From contig CM061250.1 in NCBI GenBank assembly GCA_022605425.2, positions 124,001 to 188,000 on the forward strand: a stretch of 64,000 bases of DNA. The letters are read 5' to 3'. Under the pieces are notes generated by a model. It ran no database searches. It saw only the letters and a list, made by a program, of their open reading frames with translations, and was not told where the DNA came from. Shown here in pieces: positions 51,944-62,457 of the stretch; position 1 is the first letter of the stretch, and every line of letters starts with the position of its first letter. A program made the position numbers and the translations under genes. Origin of the DNA: Hamiltosporidium tvaerminnensis FI-OER-3-3 (Eukaryota; Fungi; Microsporidia).

Positions 51944-54078
51944 TGCCCTATTGAATATTGCCATTAATAAAAAGTACGGAAACAATCTTAAGGCAACATG
52001 GATTGATGTCTAAAAAAGCTTATGATTTAATATATCATGCTTATTTGACTCAATGCATTGAAAACCTTAATTTACCTGATTGGATCCTGAAATTTATTAA
52101 GGTAATTATATCAAAATGGAAAATTGATATATCAGTAGGGCCTGAAAAAATCATGAGCAAGAAGATTGATAGAGGGATTCTGCAAGGAGATAGTTTGTCA
52201 CCATTATTGTTTGTGTTGTGTATGGATCCATTGAGCCGAAAGCTTAATGAGAAGTACACAAAAGTGACAATAAAGACAGATGCAGAATCCCACGCGACTA
52301 ATCATCTCTTGTTTATTGATGATCTTAAGCTCCTTGCCGAAGATGGACAAACATTGGAAGAAATGACGGAGGAGGTTAAAAAGTTTATGAATAATATAGG
52401 ATTGGAAATTAACAAAGAGAAGTCAGCCACTAATGATCCATGTTGTGAAGATACTGCTACTCTTCTTGAAGGAATAGGTGTTTATAAATACCTTGGAATT
52501 ATAGAAGATAGCAGAGGAATTCCAACAAGTAAGTCGTTTGAGGAAGTACAGACAAAACTTATAGCACGAGTAGAAAGACTTTGCCGCACGAGATTAAATG
52601 CAAGAAATTTATTTCAAGCCATTAATCAACATGCAATTTCTTTACTAAACTATCATATAGGTGTACTCCGACTTGAACCGGCTGACTTCTCTAAGTTAGA
52701 TGATGCGGTGCGTGCAGTGTTAGTAAAGAACAAAATACATCTACACCCAGGATGCAAAGAACGTCTATACCTTCCACGTAAAGAACTTGGGAGAGGTTTA
52801 CATAGTGTCGAGTTCAAAAGCGAACATATGCTTTTGCAACTCTTGGATTGTCTGGAAAAACATAAAGATACATCGACCAGAAGAGCAGCAATCCTAAAGG
52901 TTTCGAATAATAATAAAACCCACCTTTCACTAATTAAAAACTTTTTAAAAATAAAATACGGGTTGGAAGAGGAAGTCACAAAAAAGAAATTGGAAGAAGC
53001 TCAACTAGCTAACCTATATAACGAAATCAAAAACCGAAAACTACATTCAAAGTTATATAGCGCTAGAAATAACGAGCTGGTAAGTGTAAATGACTCCTCA
53101 AGATGGTTAAAGAAAGGAAGTGTAAGACCACGTGATGAAGCAGTGTTCTGTTATATTCAGGATAGAAATGTATTCTGGGGTGCAGAAGGTATGTGTCAAC
53201 ACTGCAACCAGTCTAGGAAAACTGTTGATCACTTAGCAACGAGATGTGAAAAAATGCTTGGTCATGACTATACTAGACGACATAATGAAGTGGTACGATG
53301 TATACATTTACTCTTGCTGAATAAATATAAGTTTAAGTCTTCGAAACGAATTAGAAGCCACTCAGTTCAAGAAATTCTTGATAACGAATATGCAGAGATA
53401 AGAGTGGACACCAGAATAAAAACTGATGTCAAGATCCGGTGTAACAGACCAGATATATTTATTTTAGACAAGAGACAGAATAGGATAACCCTCATTGAAG
53501 TAGGAATCACATCCCAAGACTCTCTTCAAATAGTTGAAACAGAGAAGCTTAGGAAGTATGACTATTAGCAAATGAGTTAGGTCTTATTTATAAATGCAAT
53601 GTAGAGATAATTCCTTATGTGATGACCTGGGACGGTATTGTGACAAAATACCATAATACGTATGTTAAGAGACTGCAAATACCCATGAATGTAGAGGCAT
53701 ATATACAATCCATAGTACTCAAGAAGACAGTCGAAAAAATTTCTTTTGATCGACGAAGAGGACTTGAGTCTGGACCAAATGCCGAGGAGAGCTGGGAGAG
53801 AGCATCATTAAGTGTTATCTTAGGAGCTGAGATGCATAAACAACCAATACCCCCTTTAAAGCAAGTAGACAACGAGGAAGATGATGTTAAAACGGAAAAT
53901 ACAAAAAATATTTTACCCCTTATTTCGGATGGTATAACCACATCAAAGGAACGAACAACTAATACAAATGAAGAGTTGGAGTTGGAGGAAGAGATAGAAG
54001 TGGTTGAAATGGTGGAAAGAATTATTTAAAAAGAAAAATTTGTTAACCCAGAATTTTATTAAATAATATAAATAAAAA
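51944..54078 (+). mobile_element. 5'-truncated R4-like non-LTR retrotransposon (RT + CCHC + RLE endonuclease) with a 13-bp TSD
   Basis: GILQGDSLSPLLF, LFIDD, YKYLG, CQHC..H..C, RPDIFILD; frameshifts near 52010 and 53567; TSD tatttcttcatat at 51931-51943 and 54079-54091. Confidence 0.92.
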
Positions 54079-54127
54079 TATTTCTTCATATGACCTTTAT
54101 TTAAAAGTATTACATCTTTTTCAAAAC

Positions 54128-54823
54128 AGTGGCAAGTGTTATATTTGTTTTCATGACATTAACGCAGTTCTAGGTTTAACATAAATAACTGCTACCCCAA
54201 AACTCCATCAGTAACCCCTGCGATACCTACGTCCCAAAGCCTTTCATTTACCAGGTATGTAGAACCTAAATAATAGGCGAGGCAGTTGCCCGGAGTTCGT
54301 TAATGTCCGTTGCATGGAGTGTGATCGAAGGCCGAAGCCCCCCCTGGGCTCCCCCAAGACTATGCAGCATTCCCACTAACTCTACACTTTCCGAACCCAA
54401 TAAACTTCTAGCTAAGATATATTTCAGAGATTTACATGGGGTCCACCTAGACAGTGCAATGTCATACCAACAGGTATAACCTGCTACTTAGCTCTCCCGG
54501 CTTTAAATGATTTTTTATTTTATATCTCCCAGAGCTAAGTCTTCTAACTCGAGTGAGCAAGGCTAGGTTTCCATGCTTTTACATGGCGATTACCTACATA
54601 TTCAGCTGCGGTCTGCAATCTGGTTACATAAAAAACTACAAATAAATTTTTAGAAAAAGTTTCTCCATTTCTTAGACCTCTCCTCCTCATACAAACTCCC
54701 ATGGAACAACCGAAGATGTAGTGTGGTTTTATTCCCACCAAAAATCCAAACAATGATCTCACACCAGTTTCACACACTCATTGCCAAGCAGAAAGTTTTT
54801 TATGTGGTTATCCTCCCTCCACA
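54128..54823 (-). mobile_element. ~690-bp dispersed repeat (probable solo LTR), best-preserved copy
   Basis: Minus strand begins TGTGGAGGGAGG and ends GCCACT; GC-rich; no credible ORF. Confidence 0.75.
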
Positions 54824-55153
54824 ATTTCTTCATATTAATATTATTTCTTCATATTAATATGCCAGAGATTATTGCATCAATACTCGTTTATGATTGTCAT
54901 TTCTTATATTTTCATACTTCTGTCAAAAAACATATATCTTAGACTTATCTATTCTAATTAAAAAAATTTTCTTATAGAATAATGCTTATTTCCAATAAAC
55001 CATCTATATTTAAAACTGATCAAATATAAACCAATGAATATTTATTTAAAATACAAGAGAAATTGAGTTTCTATATTAGAATTAAACAAAAATTTTTATT
55101 TAATTCTTAAATGTCCAGATTTGATTTAAAATTTAGATGATATTTGTATAACA

Positions 55154-55335
55154 AGAATACAATAGTATAACTCATTAAAGAAGAATATAGATATACAGTA
55201 GTATAACTAATTAAAGAAGGATATAGAATACAATAGTATAACTAATTAAAGAAGGATATAGAATACAATAGTATAACTCATTAAAGAAGAATATAGATAT
55301 AAAATAGTATAACTAATTAAAGAAGAATATAGAAT
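55154..55335. repeat. ~36-bp tandem repeat, about 5 copies
   Basis: tagtataact(a/c)attaaagaag(a/g)atataga repeated. Confidence 0.85.
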
Positions 55336-55536
55336 TAAAAAATTTCCTACTAAAAATATATTAAAAAATTTCTAAAAAAATATAAAAAAATTTAGAATTT
55401 TTTAGTCTTCAAATTTTTTAGTCTCCAAATTTTTTATTCTCCAAAATTTTCTTTGAAATACAAATATTTAATAGAATTATACCAGAAAGAAGACCAAAGA
55501 TAAACACACCTGTAACATTTAAACAACATAAATACT

Positions 55537-58500
55537 TTATTTATCTTTTTTTTTATTACTTTTCCTAGTATTTAAAGGAGAATAACACTCATCTTCTACA
55601 CCACCTCTATCAGGAGAATAAGTACCTTCATTACCTGGTAATAAATCAGGTACAACTGGTGTAAAAGTATTTAAAGCAGGAGAAGGCATAACACTACCAG
55701 GAGTCAAAACAGGAATATTTGGTGTAAAAGCAGACTTAGGAGAGTAAGAAGGAGAAGTAGGTGAATAGGAGGGAGAAGTAGGTGAATAAGAAGGAGAAGT
55801 GGGAGAGTAAGAAGGTGAAGTAGGGGAATAGGAGGGAGAAGTAGGTGAATAAGCACGAGATGTAGGTGAATACGAAGGTGAGGTAGGGGAGTAGGAAGGT
55901 GAGGTAGGGGAGTAGGAAGGTGAAGTGGGAGAATAGGAGGGAGAAGTGGGAGAGTAGGAGGGAGATGTAGGGGAGTAGGAAGGTGAGGTAGGAGAGTAAG
56001 AAGGAGATGTAGGGGAGTAGGAGGGTGAGGTAGGAGAGTACGAGGGTGATGTAGGGGAATAGGAGGGAGAAGTAGGACTATAAGAGGGAGAAGAGACAAA
56101 CCCACTTCTATAAGAAGGACTAGCCGTACCACACAAAGGACTACCAGGATTATAATAAGACCCACCACTCATCAACCCCACAGGACTCCAACACCCACCA
56201 ACAGGAGACCCACTAACCTCAGAAACAGGAGACATAATTTCAGGTGTTTTTACATCCAAATATTCATTTTCAACTTTTTCAAAATCAAAAACTCCTTTAA
56301 TTAAAGGTATCGCTTCCTTCAAACACTCAAGATCTACCAATAAATCCATATTTCCTGTTCCTAACGGTATCATCTGTCCTACCATTATATTATCAGTTAC
56401 TCCTCTACATACACTATTCTCTGCTCTTAAAGCCGCTTCTAACAGTATTTCTACTGTTTCTTCAAATGAACATCTTATTAAAGCACCATTATCTCCTCTA
56501 TTAACACCATGTCTTGTTATACCACTTAACACCCCCCTTAAAGTCATTACATCACATAAAAGACTTAAATGCCTATAATTAACATATGACCCATCACTCT
56601 CTATAACACCCTTTAATTCCCTTAAAACACACTCTCTTCCTCCTTCAATACCTAACACCTCTACAACTTCAATAATACAATTACTATAACATTTAAACCC
56701 TTTAACCCACTTATGATATAAAACTTCCCATAAATTAGACCCTTCAGTTTGTAACACCCATTCTTCCTTATAATTTAATAAAAATGCTTTTTTTATACCT
56801 TTTATTCCCTTAAGTTGTAATTCCATAATATTTTCACAAACTTTTTTTAAAAAACACTCATCTTCTTCTCCATAAACTCTAATCCTTATAATTAACACCT
56901 CTGCATTCTCATCAGAACATATAACTTGTAAATCAGAACCAAAAGCTTTTTTAATAACACTTTCTAAATTACTAATACTAACACCTTTACTTACCATACT
57001 TTCTCTATTTAAAGTAATTCTTAAAACCCAATTACTTAATAAAGAATTATTTATAATTTCATCTGGAAATTCATAATAAACTTTTATAAAATCTATATCT
57101 TCTTCTATAACACTACTTTCTATTTCTTTATCATATATTATTTCTATACTGTAAATAACATCTTTTATAGATAAATATTCTATTTCATTTTGTACTATTC
57201 TAGCACTTTTTATATTTGAAGAAAAATCTGAATTTAAAAATACACGCATGCTTGGTGTTTTCATACTTTTACTTACATTTATTATTTCTTTTAAACGAGG
57301 TACACCTAATGTAACTGTAGAAGCTACACCTGCATAGTGAAAGGTATTTAAAGTCATTTGAGTAGCAGGTTCTCCTACACTCTGTGCTGCTAAAGTACCA
57401 ACCATTTCTCCTACAGTAGCTAAAGAATTTATAAATTTACTTTTAGTTTGTTTTATAAACCATTCTAATCCTTCTAAAGATAATTTATGCTTTAAAATAC
57501 ATTTTTTAGTTGAAAGTGAAATTCTTATAAGACAAGCTAAGACATTAGAACCAGTAGTGGTAATAGAGGGGTGATGGATATTAGAGGGGTGTTGGTTAGA
57601 AGGGTTATTTATAGGGTTATAATTACTAGTGTTAGTACTAACAGGGTTATAATTACTAGTATCGTTACTAACAGGGTTATAATTACTATCTCTGTTATTA
57701 ACACCCCTATAATTATTAGTATCGTTACTAACAGGGTTATAACCATCAGTAGTATTATTAACACCCATATAATGATACTCCTTATTAACACCCATATAAT
57801 CATACTCCTTACTAACACCCCCTACCACACTACTATCCTTACTATCACCCATATAACCAATACCATTACTATTTATAAACCTTATAAGGTCTTCTCTAAC
57901 CTGTATAATCTTATAAGGATTAACACTCCCTTTACCATACTTAACACGTGCTGTCCATAACAACCTCTTAACATTAACAGGTAATGCATATCTACCTTCT
58001 TTTAAATAACAACACACTTTAAATATTTCTTCCCATTCTTTATCTAAAATCTTTTGTAATTCTATATCAGTAGATAACATATTATAATAAGAAGTATCTT
58101 TACTTATTATTCTATATTCTTTAGAACCAAACATATCAATTTTATGTTTTAAAGCAAGATTAAGAATATTATTATTATTATTTGTATTTGTATGGTTAGT
58201 AGTGTTGTTGTTATTATGGTTGTTAGTACTGTTGTTAGTGTTAGTGTTATTGTTGCTACTACTTGTATTAAAACCCTGTTGTTTATTAGTACTGTTATAA
58301 TTACTATCCTCTATGTTAACACCCTCTAATTTATATGTCATATCAGTAACAGGGTTATAATTATTAGTACTATCAGTAACAGGGTTATAATTATTAGTAC
58401 TATTGCTAACACCCTGTTGTTTATAAGTACTGTTATTAACAGGGTTATAATTATCCATACTGTTATTAACAGGGTTATAATTATCTATACTATTGCTAAC

Positions 58501-61500
58501 AGGGTTATAATTATCTATACAGTTATTAACAGGGTTATAATTATCCATACTATTACTAAGAGGGTTATAATTATCTATACTGTTACTAACAGGGTTATAA
58601 TTATCTATACTGAAGCTATCACCCTCTAACATACCCTTATCCCTACTATCACCCTCTAACATACCCTTATCCCTACTATCACCCTCTAACATACCCTTAT
58701 CCCTACTATCACCCTCTAACATACCCTTATCCCTACTATCACCCTCTAACATACCCTCCACCCCCCTAACACCCTTTATCTCTACATTCTCTAAGTACGT
58801 TGCATCATATCCATCATCACCATACAAAAACTGAAAAACAACACCCCTTCCATTCCTAACACTCCTATCATACTTAACACTAGCATCCTCCATAGCCTTA
58901 ACAAGTCTCCTCTGTATATAACCTGTCTCTGCTGTCTTAACAGCAGTATCAATAAGACCTTCTCTTCCACCCATAGCATGAAAAAAGAATTCTGCTGGTG
59001 TTAACCCAGAAATATAACTATTCTGTACAAATCCTCTACTTTCTGCTGCAGTATCATCTTTAAGAAAATGTGGTAATGTTCTATATCTAAACCCATAAGG
59101 TATACGATGTCCTTCTACTGTCTGTTGTCCTACACATCCACTAACCTGACTTATATTTATTGTAGATCCTTTACTTCCACTTAAAATCATATGATTTAAA
59201 TAATTACAAGATAATAAATTTTTATGTGCTAAACTACCTACAATATCTCTTGTCTTATTTAATATTACACTTACTGTACTTTCATATGTTTCTCTTAAAC
59301 TCATACCAGGTAATCTTTCCATTTCATTCTTTCTACACATTTGTATTTTATTACGAACTTCTTTTACTCCTCTTTCTATACTTTCTTCTATTTTATGCAT
59401 AGTTTTTTTGTTTATGCACATATCACCAACACCAACACTAAAACTACTAATAGTTACTAACCAAGTATTTATTAACCTTTGAATACCATCAAAGAAATTA
59501 CAAGTCCTTTCATGTCCACAATCATTATATATTATATGAATAAGACTACCCTGTGAAGTACCAACTGTTTTCTTATCAATAACACCAAGTAAAAGAAGAC
59601 CATTAACAATAAGAATGTTGTTAGTGGGATTGTTGTTAGTGTTGTTGTTGTTGTTAGTGTTGTTGTTGTTATTATTATTGTTGTTATTAGTGTTGTTGTT
59701 GTTAGTGTTGTTATTGTTGTTAGTACTATCCTTACTACTATCCTTACTACTAACACCCTCCTTACTATCCTTACAACTAACACCCTCCTTACTATCCTTA
59801 CAACTAACACCCTCCTTACTATCCTTACTACTAACACCTTCTTTACTACTAACACCTTCTTTACTACTATCACCCTCATTACTACTATCACCCCCCACTC
59901 CATTATAATACCCCTTGCTATAATTTATTGGTGGAAGTAAAAGTGAGAAAAGCTGTTTACCTGTAAACAACTTGACAGGTCTCAATATAGTAGGTATAGG
60001 AAGTATAAGATCAGAACAATAAATTAATTGCATTGAATTTCTAAAATCAATAAAATTATTTTTTAAAGTAAACAATCTAATACCAACAAGTGTATCCTGT
60101 ACAATACCCATAACTGGTCTATTACTTTGTGGTGATAATATTTGTTTAGAAACAAGTGCTATCTCTTCTAATTCACTTACTGTTAATAAAGATTGTGGCA
60201 TATGTAAATTCATTTCATCTCCATCAAAATCTGCATTGTATGGTGTAGTTGTACTTAGATTTAATCTAAATGTTAAATTATTCATTACTTTTACTTTATG
60301 AGCCATCATACTCATTTTATGTAAAGAAGGTTGTCTATTGAATAGAACTATATCATTATCTTCCATATGTCTTTCTACTATAAAATTTGGTGTTAAAGAA
60401 ATGTCTGTTCTGTTGTATCTTAAATCTATTTTTTGTCCGTCTGGTTTTATAACAAAGTTTGCTCCTGGGTGATTGAAAGGACCATTTTGTATTTTTTTGG
60501 TGAGTTTTTCTATGTTGAAAGGGGTTACTCTTTCAGGAAAAGTGTGTATTTTTGCTATGTTTATAGGGACACCTACCTGTATAAGACTTATATTAGGATC
60601 TGGTGTTATAACTGAACGAGCAGAAAAATCTACTCTTTTACCCATCAGATTTCCTCTAATTCTTCCTTCTTTTCCTTTGAGTCTGGCTGTTATAGATTTT
60701 AAAGGACGACCTGATTTTTGAAGTGCTTGAGGTTGTCCTGATATGTCATTATCTATAAGTGTTGCTATATGAAATTGTAATAACTGTTCATAGTCTCTTA
60801 CTATATGTGATGGAGCACCTTCTTGTTCATATTTTTTAAGATTTTGATTTGCTTTAATTATATCTGCGTATTTATGAGTTAAATCATCTTCTCCTCTAAG
60901 AATTCCTTCTAAAGAAATACTAGGACGAACACAAGGAGGACAAACAGGAAGAGCAAGTAATATCATATATTCTGGTCTAGAATATATTAAATCAAATCCT
61001 AATAATTGTATATCTGTATCTGATATCTTTTTAAATATAGAATATACTTTTTCTCCATTTAAAATAACTTTTCCTTCAACACTTTCTTCTCCTTTCATAA
61101 ATGCTACAAGATTAAGACCTTCTTTTCTAATAGTTGGTTGTTTATTTCCACAACCGGTTTTTACTTTTATAGAATCGTTTGGTTGTGTCTCTTCGTCTCC
61201 TTCACAAACACTTTTATTTTTACAAATATTCCATACAAAATTGAGTCTGTTTTTGTGTGCTACAGAATGGATTGAAGAAGTAGAAGATTTAATTTTTGAA
61301 CAGTAAAAACAGACACTTTCAAGTACTTTTTTAATTTTTGGTAAGAAACCGACATGAAACATTGGTTTGAAGAGTTCTATGTGTCCGAAGTGGCCACAAC
61401 AGTCGTTACTGCTTTGTCCACATGTTGCACATAAAAAACCACGGTCTATTGTACCCATACGTAGGTCTATTAGTCCATTGTCTTTTGGTATACCGTGTTC

Positions 61501-61614
61501 TAGTGTTTCTGGGTAGTCAATGTGTAGAACTGAGTTTGTTCTTATTTGTGATGGAGAGAATAAAGAAAATTGAATTGAAGATATTTTTTTGTGGTGGAGT
61601 GGTTGTTTAAGCAT
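55537..61614 (-). CDS. RPB1: RNA polymerase II largest subunit with three large low-complexity inserts (ORF also open to an in-frame ATG at 61722)
   Basis: CCGHFGHIEL, GNLMGKRVDFSAR, NADFDGD, TQMTLNTFH, about 17 YSPTSPS heptads. Confidence 0.98.
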   Translation of the reverse strand: MLKQPLHHKKISSIQFSLFSPSQIRTNSVLHIDYPETLEHGIPKDNGLIDLRMGTIDRGFLCATCGQSSNDCCGHFGHIELFKPMFHVGFLPKIKKVLESVCFYCSKIKSSTSSIHSVAHKNRLNFVWNICKNKSVCEGDEETQPNDSIKVKTGCGNKQPTIRKEGLNLVAFMKGEESVEGKVILNGEKVYSIFKKISDTDIQLLGFDLIYSRPEYMILLALPVCPPCVRPSISLEGILRGEDDLTHKYADIIKANQNLKKYEQEGAPSHIVRDYEQLLQFHIATLIDNDISGQPQALQKSGRPLKSITARLKGKEGRIRGNLMGKRVDFSARSVITPDPNISLIQVGVPINIAKIHTFPERVTPFNIEKLTKKIQNGPFNHPGANFVIKPDGQKIDLRYNRTDISLTPNFIVERHMEDNDIVLFNRQPSLHKMSMMAHKVKVMNNLTFRLNLSTTTPYNADFDGDEMNLHMPQSLLTVSELEEIALVSKQILSPQSNRPVMGIVQDTLVGIRLFTLKNNFIDFRNSMQLIYCSDLILPIPTILRPVKLFTGKQLFSLLLPPINYSKGYYNGVGGDSSNEGDSSKEGVSSKEGVSSKDSKEGVSCKDSKEGVSCKDSKEGVSSKDSSKDSTNNNNNTNNNNTNNNNNNNNNNTNNNNNTNNNPTNNILIVNGLLLLGVIDKKTVGTSQGSLIHIIYNDCGHERTCNFFDGIQRLINTWLVTISSFSVGVGDMCINKKTMHKIEESIERGVKEVRNKIQMCRKNEMERLPGMSLRETYESTVSVILNKTRDIVGSLAHKNLLSCNYLNHMILSGSKGSTINISQVSGCVGQQTVEGHRIPYGFRYRTLPHFLKDDTAAESRGFVQNSYISGLTPAEFFFHAMGGREGLIDTAVKTAETGYIQRRLVKAMEDASVKYDRSVRNGRGVVFQFLYGDDGYDATYLENVEIKGVRGVEGMLEGDSRDKGMLEGDSRDKGMLEGDSRDKGMLEGDSRDKGMLEGDSFSIDNYNPVSNSIDNYNPLSNSMDNYNPVNNCIDNYNPVSNSIDNYNPVNNSMDNYNPVNNSTYKQQGVSNSTNNYNPVTDSTNNYNPVTDMTYKLEGVNIEDSNYNSTNKQQGFNTSSSNNNTNTNNSTNNHNNNNTTNHTNTNNNNNILNLALKHKIDMFGSKEYRIISKDTSYYNMLSTDIELQKILDKEWEEIFKVCCYLKEGRYALPVNVKRLLWTARVKYGKGSVNPYKIIQVREDLIRFINSNGIGYMGDSKDSSVVGGVSKEYDYMGVNKEYHYMGVNNTTDGYNPVSNDTNNYRGVNNRDSNYNPVSNDTSNYNPVSTNTSNYNPINNPSNQHPSNIHHPSITTTGSNVLACLIRISLSTKKCILKHKLSLEGLEWFIKQTKSKFINSLATVGEMVGTLAAQSVGEPATQMTLNTFHYAGVASTVTLGVPRLKEIINVSKSMKTPSMRVFLNSDFSSNIKSARIVQNEIEYLSIKDVIYSIEIIYDKEIESSVIEEDIDFIKVYYEFPDEIINNSLLSNWVLRITLNRESMVSKGVSISNLESVIKKAFGSDLQVICSDENAEVLIIRIRVYGEEDECFLKKVCENIMELQLKGIKGIKKAFLLNYKEEWVLQTEGSNLWEVLYHKWVKGFKCYSNCIIEVVEVLGIEGGRECVLRELKGVIESDGSYVNYRHLSLLCDVMTLRGVLSGITRHGVNRGDNGALIRCSFEETVEILLEAALRAENSVCRGVTDNIMVGQMIPLGTGNMDLLVDLECLKEAIPLIKGVFDFEKVENEYLDVKTPEIMSPVSEVSGSPVGGCWSPVGLMSGGSYYNPGSPLCGTASPSYRSGFVSSPSYSPTSPSYSPTSPSYSPTSPSYSPTSPSYSPTSPSYSPTSPSYSPTSPSYSPTSPSYSPTSPSYSPTSPSYSPTSRAYSPTSPSYSPTSPSYSPTSPSYSPTSPSYSPTSPSYSPKSAFTPNIPVLTPGSVMPSPALNTFTPVVPDLLPGNEGTYSPDRGGVEDECYSPLNTRKSNKKKDK

Positions 61615-61782
61615 TTTTAAAGGGTTTAACGAATTAAGAAATAAATATTTGATTGTAAGGGAAGAGGGGTTATAGGGAGTAGAGGGAAGAGGGGTTATAG
61701 GGAGTAGAGGTTGTTTAAGCATTTTTAAAGGGTTTAACGAATTAAGAAATAAATATTTGATTGTAAGGGAAGAGGGGTTATA
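61601..61782. repeat. 108-bp-period direct duplication of the RPB1 start codon and upstream CCC motif
   Basis: ggttgtttaagcatttttaaagggtttaacgaattaagaaataaatatttgattgtaagggaagaggggttata occurs at 61601 and 61709. Confidence 0.9.
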
Positions 61783-61789
61783 TAAGAAA

Positions 61790-62440
61790 GGGTAAAAGGA
61801 GGGATATAAAAGTGTTATATGTAAGAAGGGGTTAGGTGTTATATATAGGTATATATAAGGGTTAGATATAAGTAGGTATTTAAAGAGTTATAATGAATAA
61901 GAGTTATAATGAATATAGGTGTTATATATATATAGGTGTTATAAGGGTTAGATATAAGTAGGTATTTAAAGAGTTATAATGAATATAGGTGTTATATATA
62001 AATATTTTTAGGGTGTTATATATATATATTGTTATAGGTGTTATATATAATGAATAAGGATTATAAGGAATATAAGAGGTATAAGAGTTATAATGAATAT
62101 AAGGGTTATAATGAATATAAGGGTTATAAGAGGTATAGGGTTAGTATAGTATTAGATATAGGGTTATATATAAGGGTGTTAATTGATGTAGAATTATAAG
62201 AAAAGAAATAGGAAGTAGTAAAATATAAAAAAGTAAAAAGAAAGATAATAAGAAATAGAAAAATATTAAAAGTAAAATACTAAAAGCAAAATACTAAAAG
62301 CAAAATACTAAAAGTAATAGAAAGTAGTAGAAAGTAATAGAAAGTAGTAAAATATTAAAAGCAAAATACTAAAAGTAATAGAAAGTAGTAAAAAGTAATA
62401 GAAAGTAGTAAAATATAATAGAAAGTAGTAAAATATTAAA
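61790..62440. repeat. Low-complexity minisatellites (AGGGTTA/GGTGTTATA-rich, then AAAGTAGTA-rich)
   Basis: Repeated agggtta, ggtgttatatat and aaatactaaaag units. Confidence 0.7.
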
Positions 62441-62457
62441 TAAATTTAATTTTCTTT

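Noticed and set aside
54128-54823. Group I/II intron or protein-coding reading of the ~690-bp repeat (ORFs 17805, 18093, 43221, 54544)
   Set aside because: No domain V or GUGYG boundary seen; ORFs are not conserved between copies
55704-59908. Alternative-frame L/V/I-rich ORFs overlapping RPB1
   Set aside because: By-products of the CTD heptads and low-complexity inserts
57545-59915. RPB1 inserts as ordinary spliceosomal introns
   Set aside because: All are stop-free and frame-preserving over hundreds of AT-rich bases, and no clear splice signals are seen at the boundaries
61790-62180. True telomere
   Set aside because: Only scattered AGGGTTA seeds, not a tandem TTAGGG tract, and the region lies between two genes
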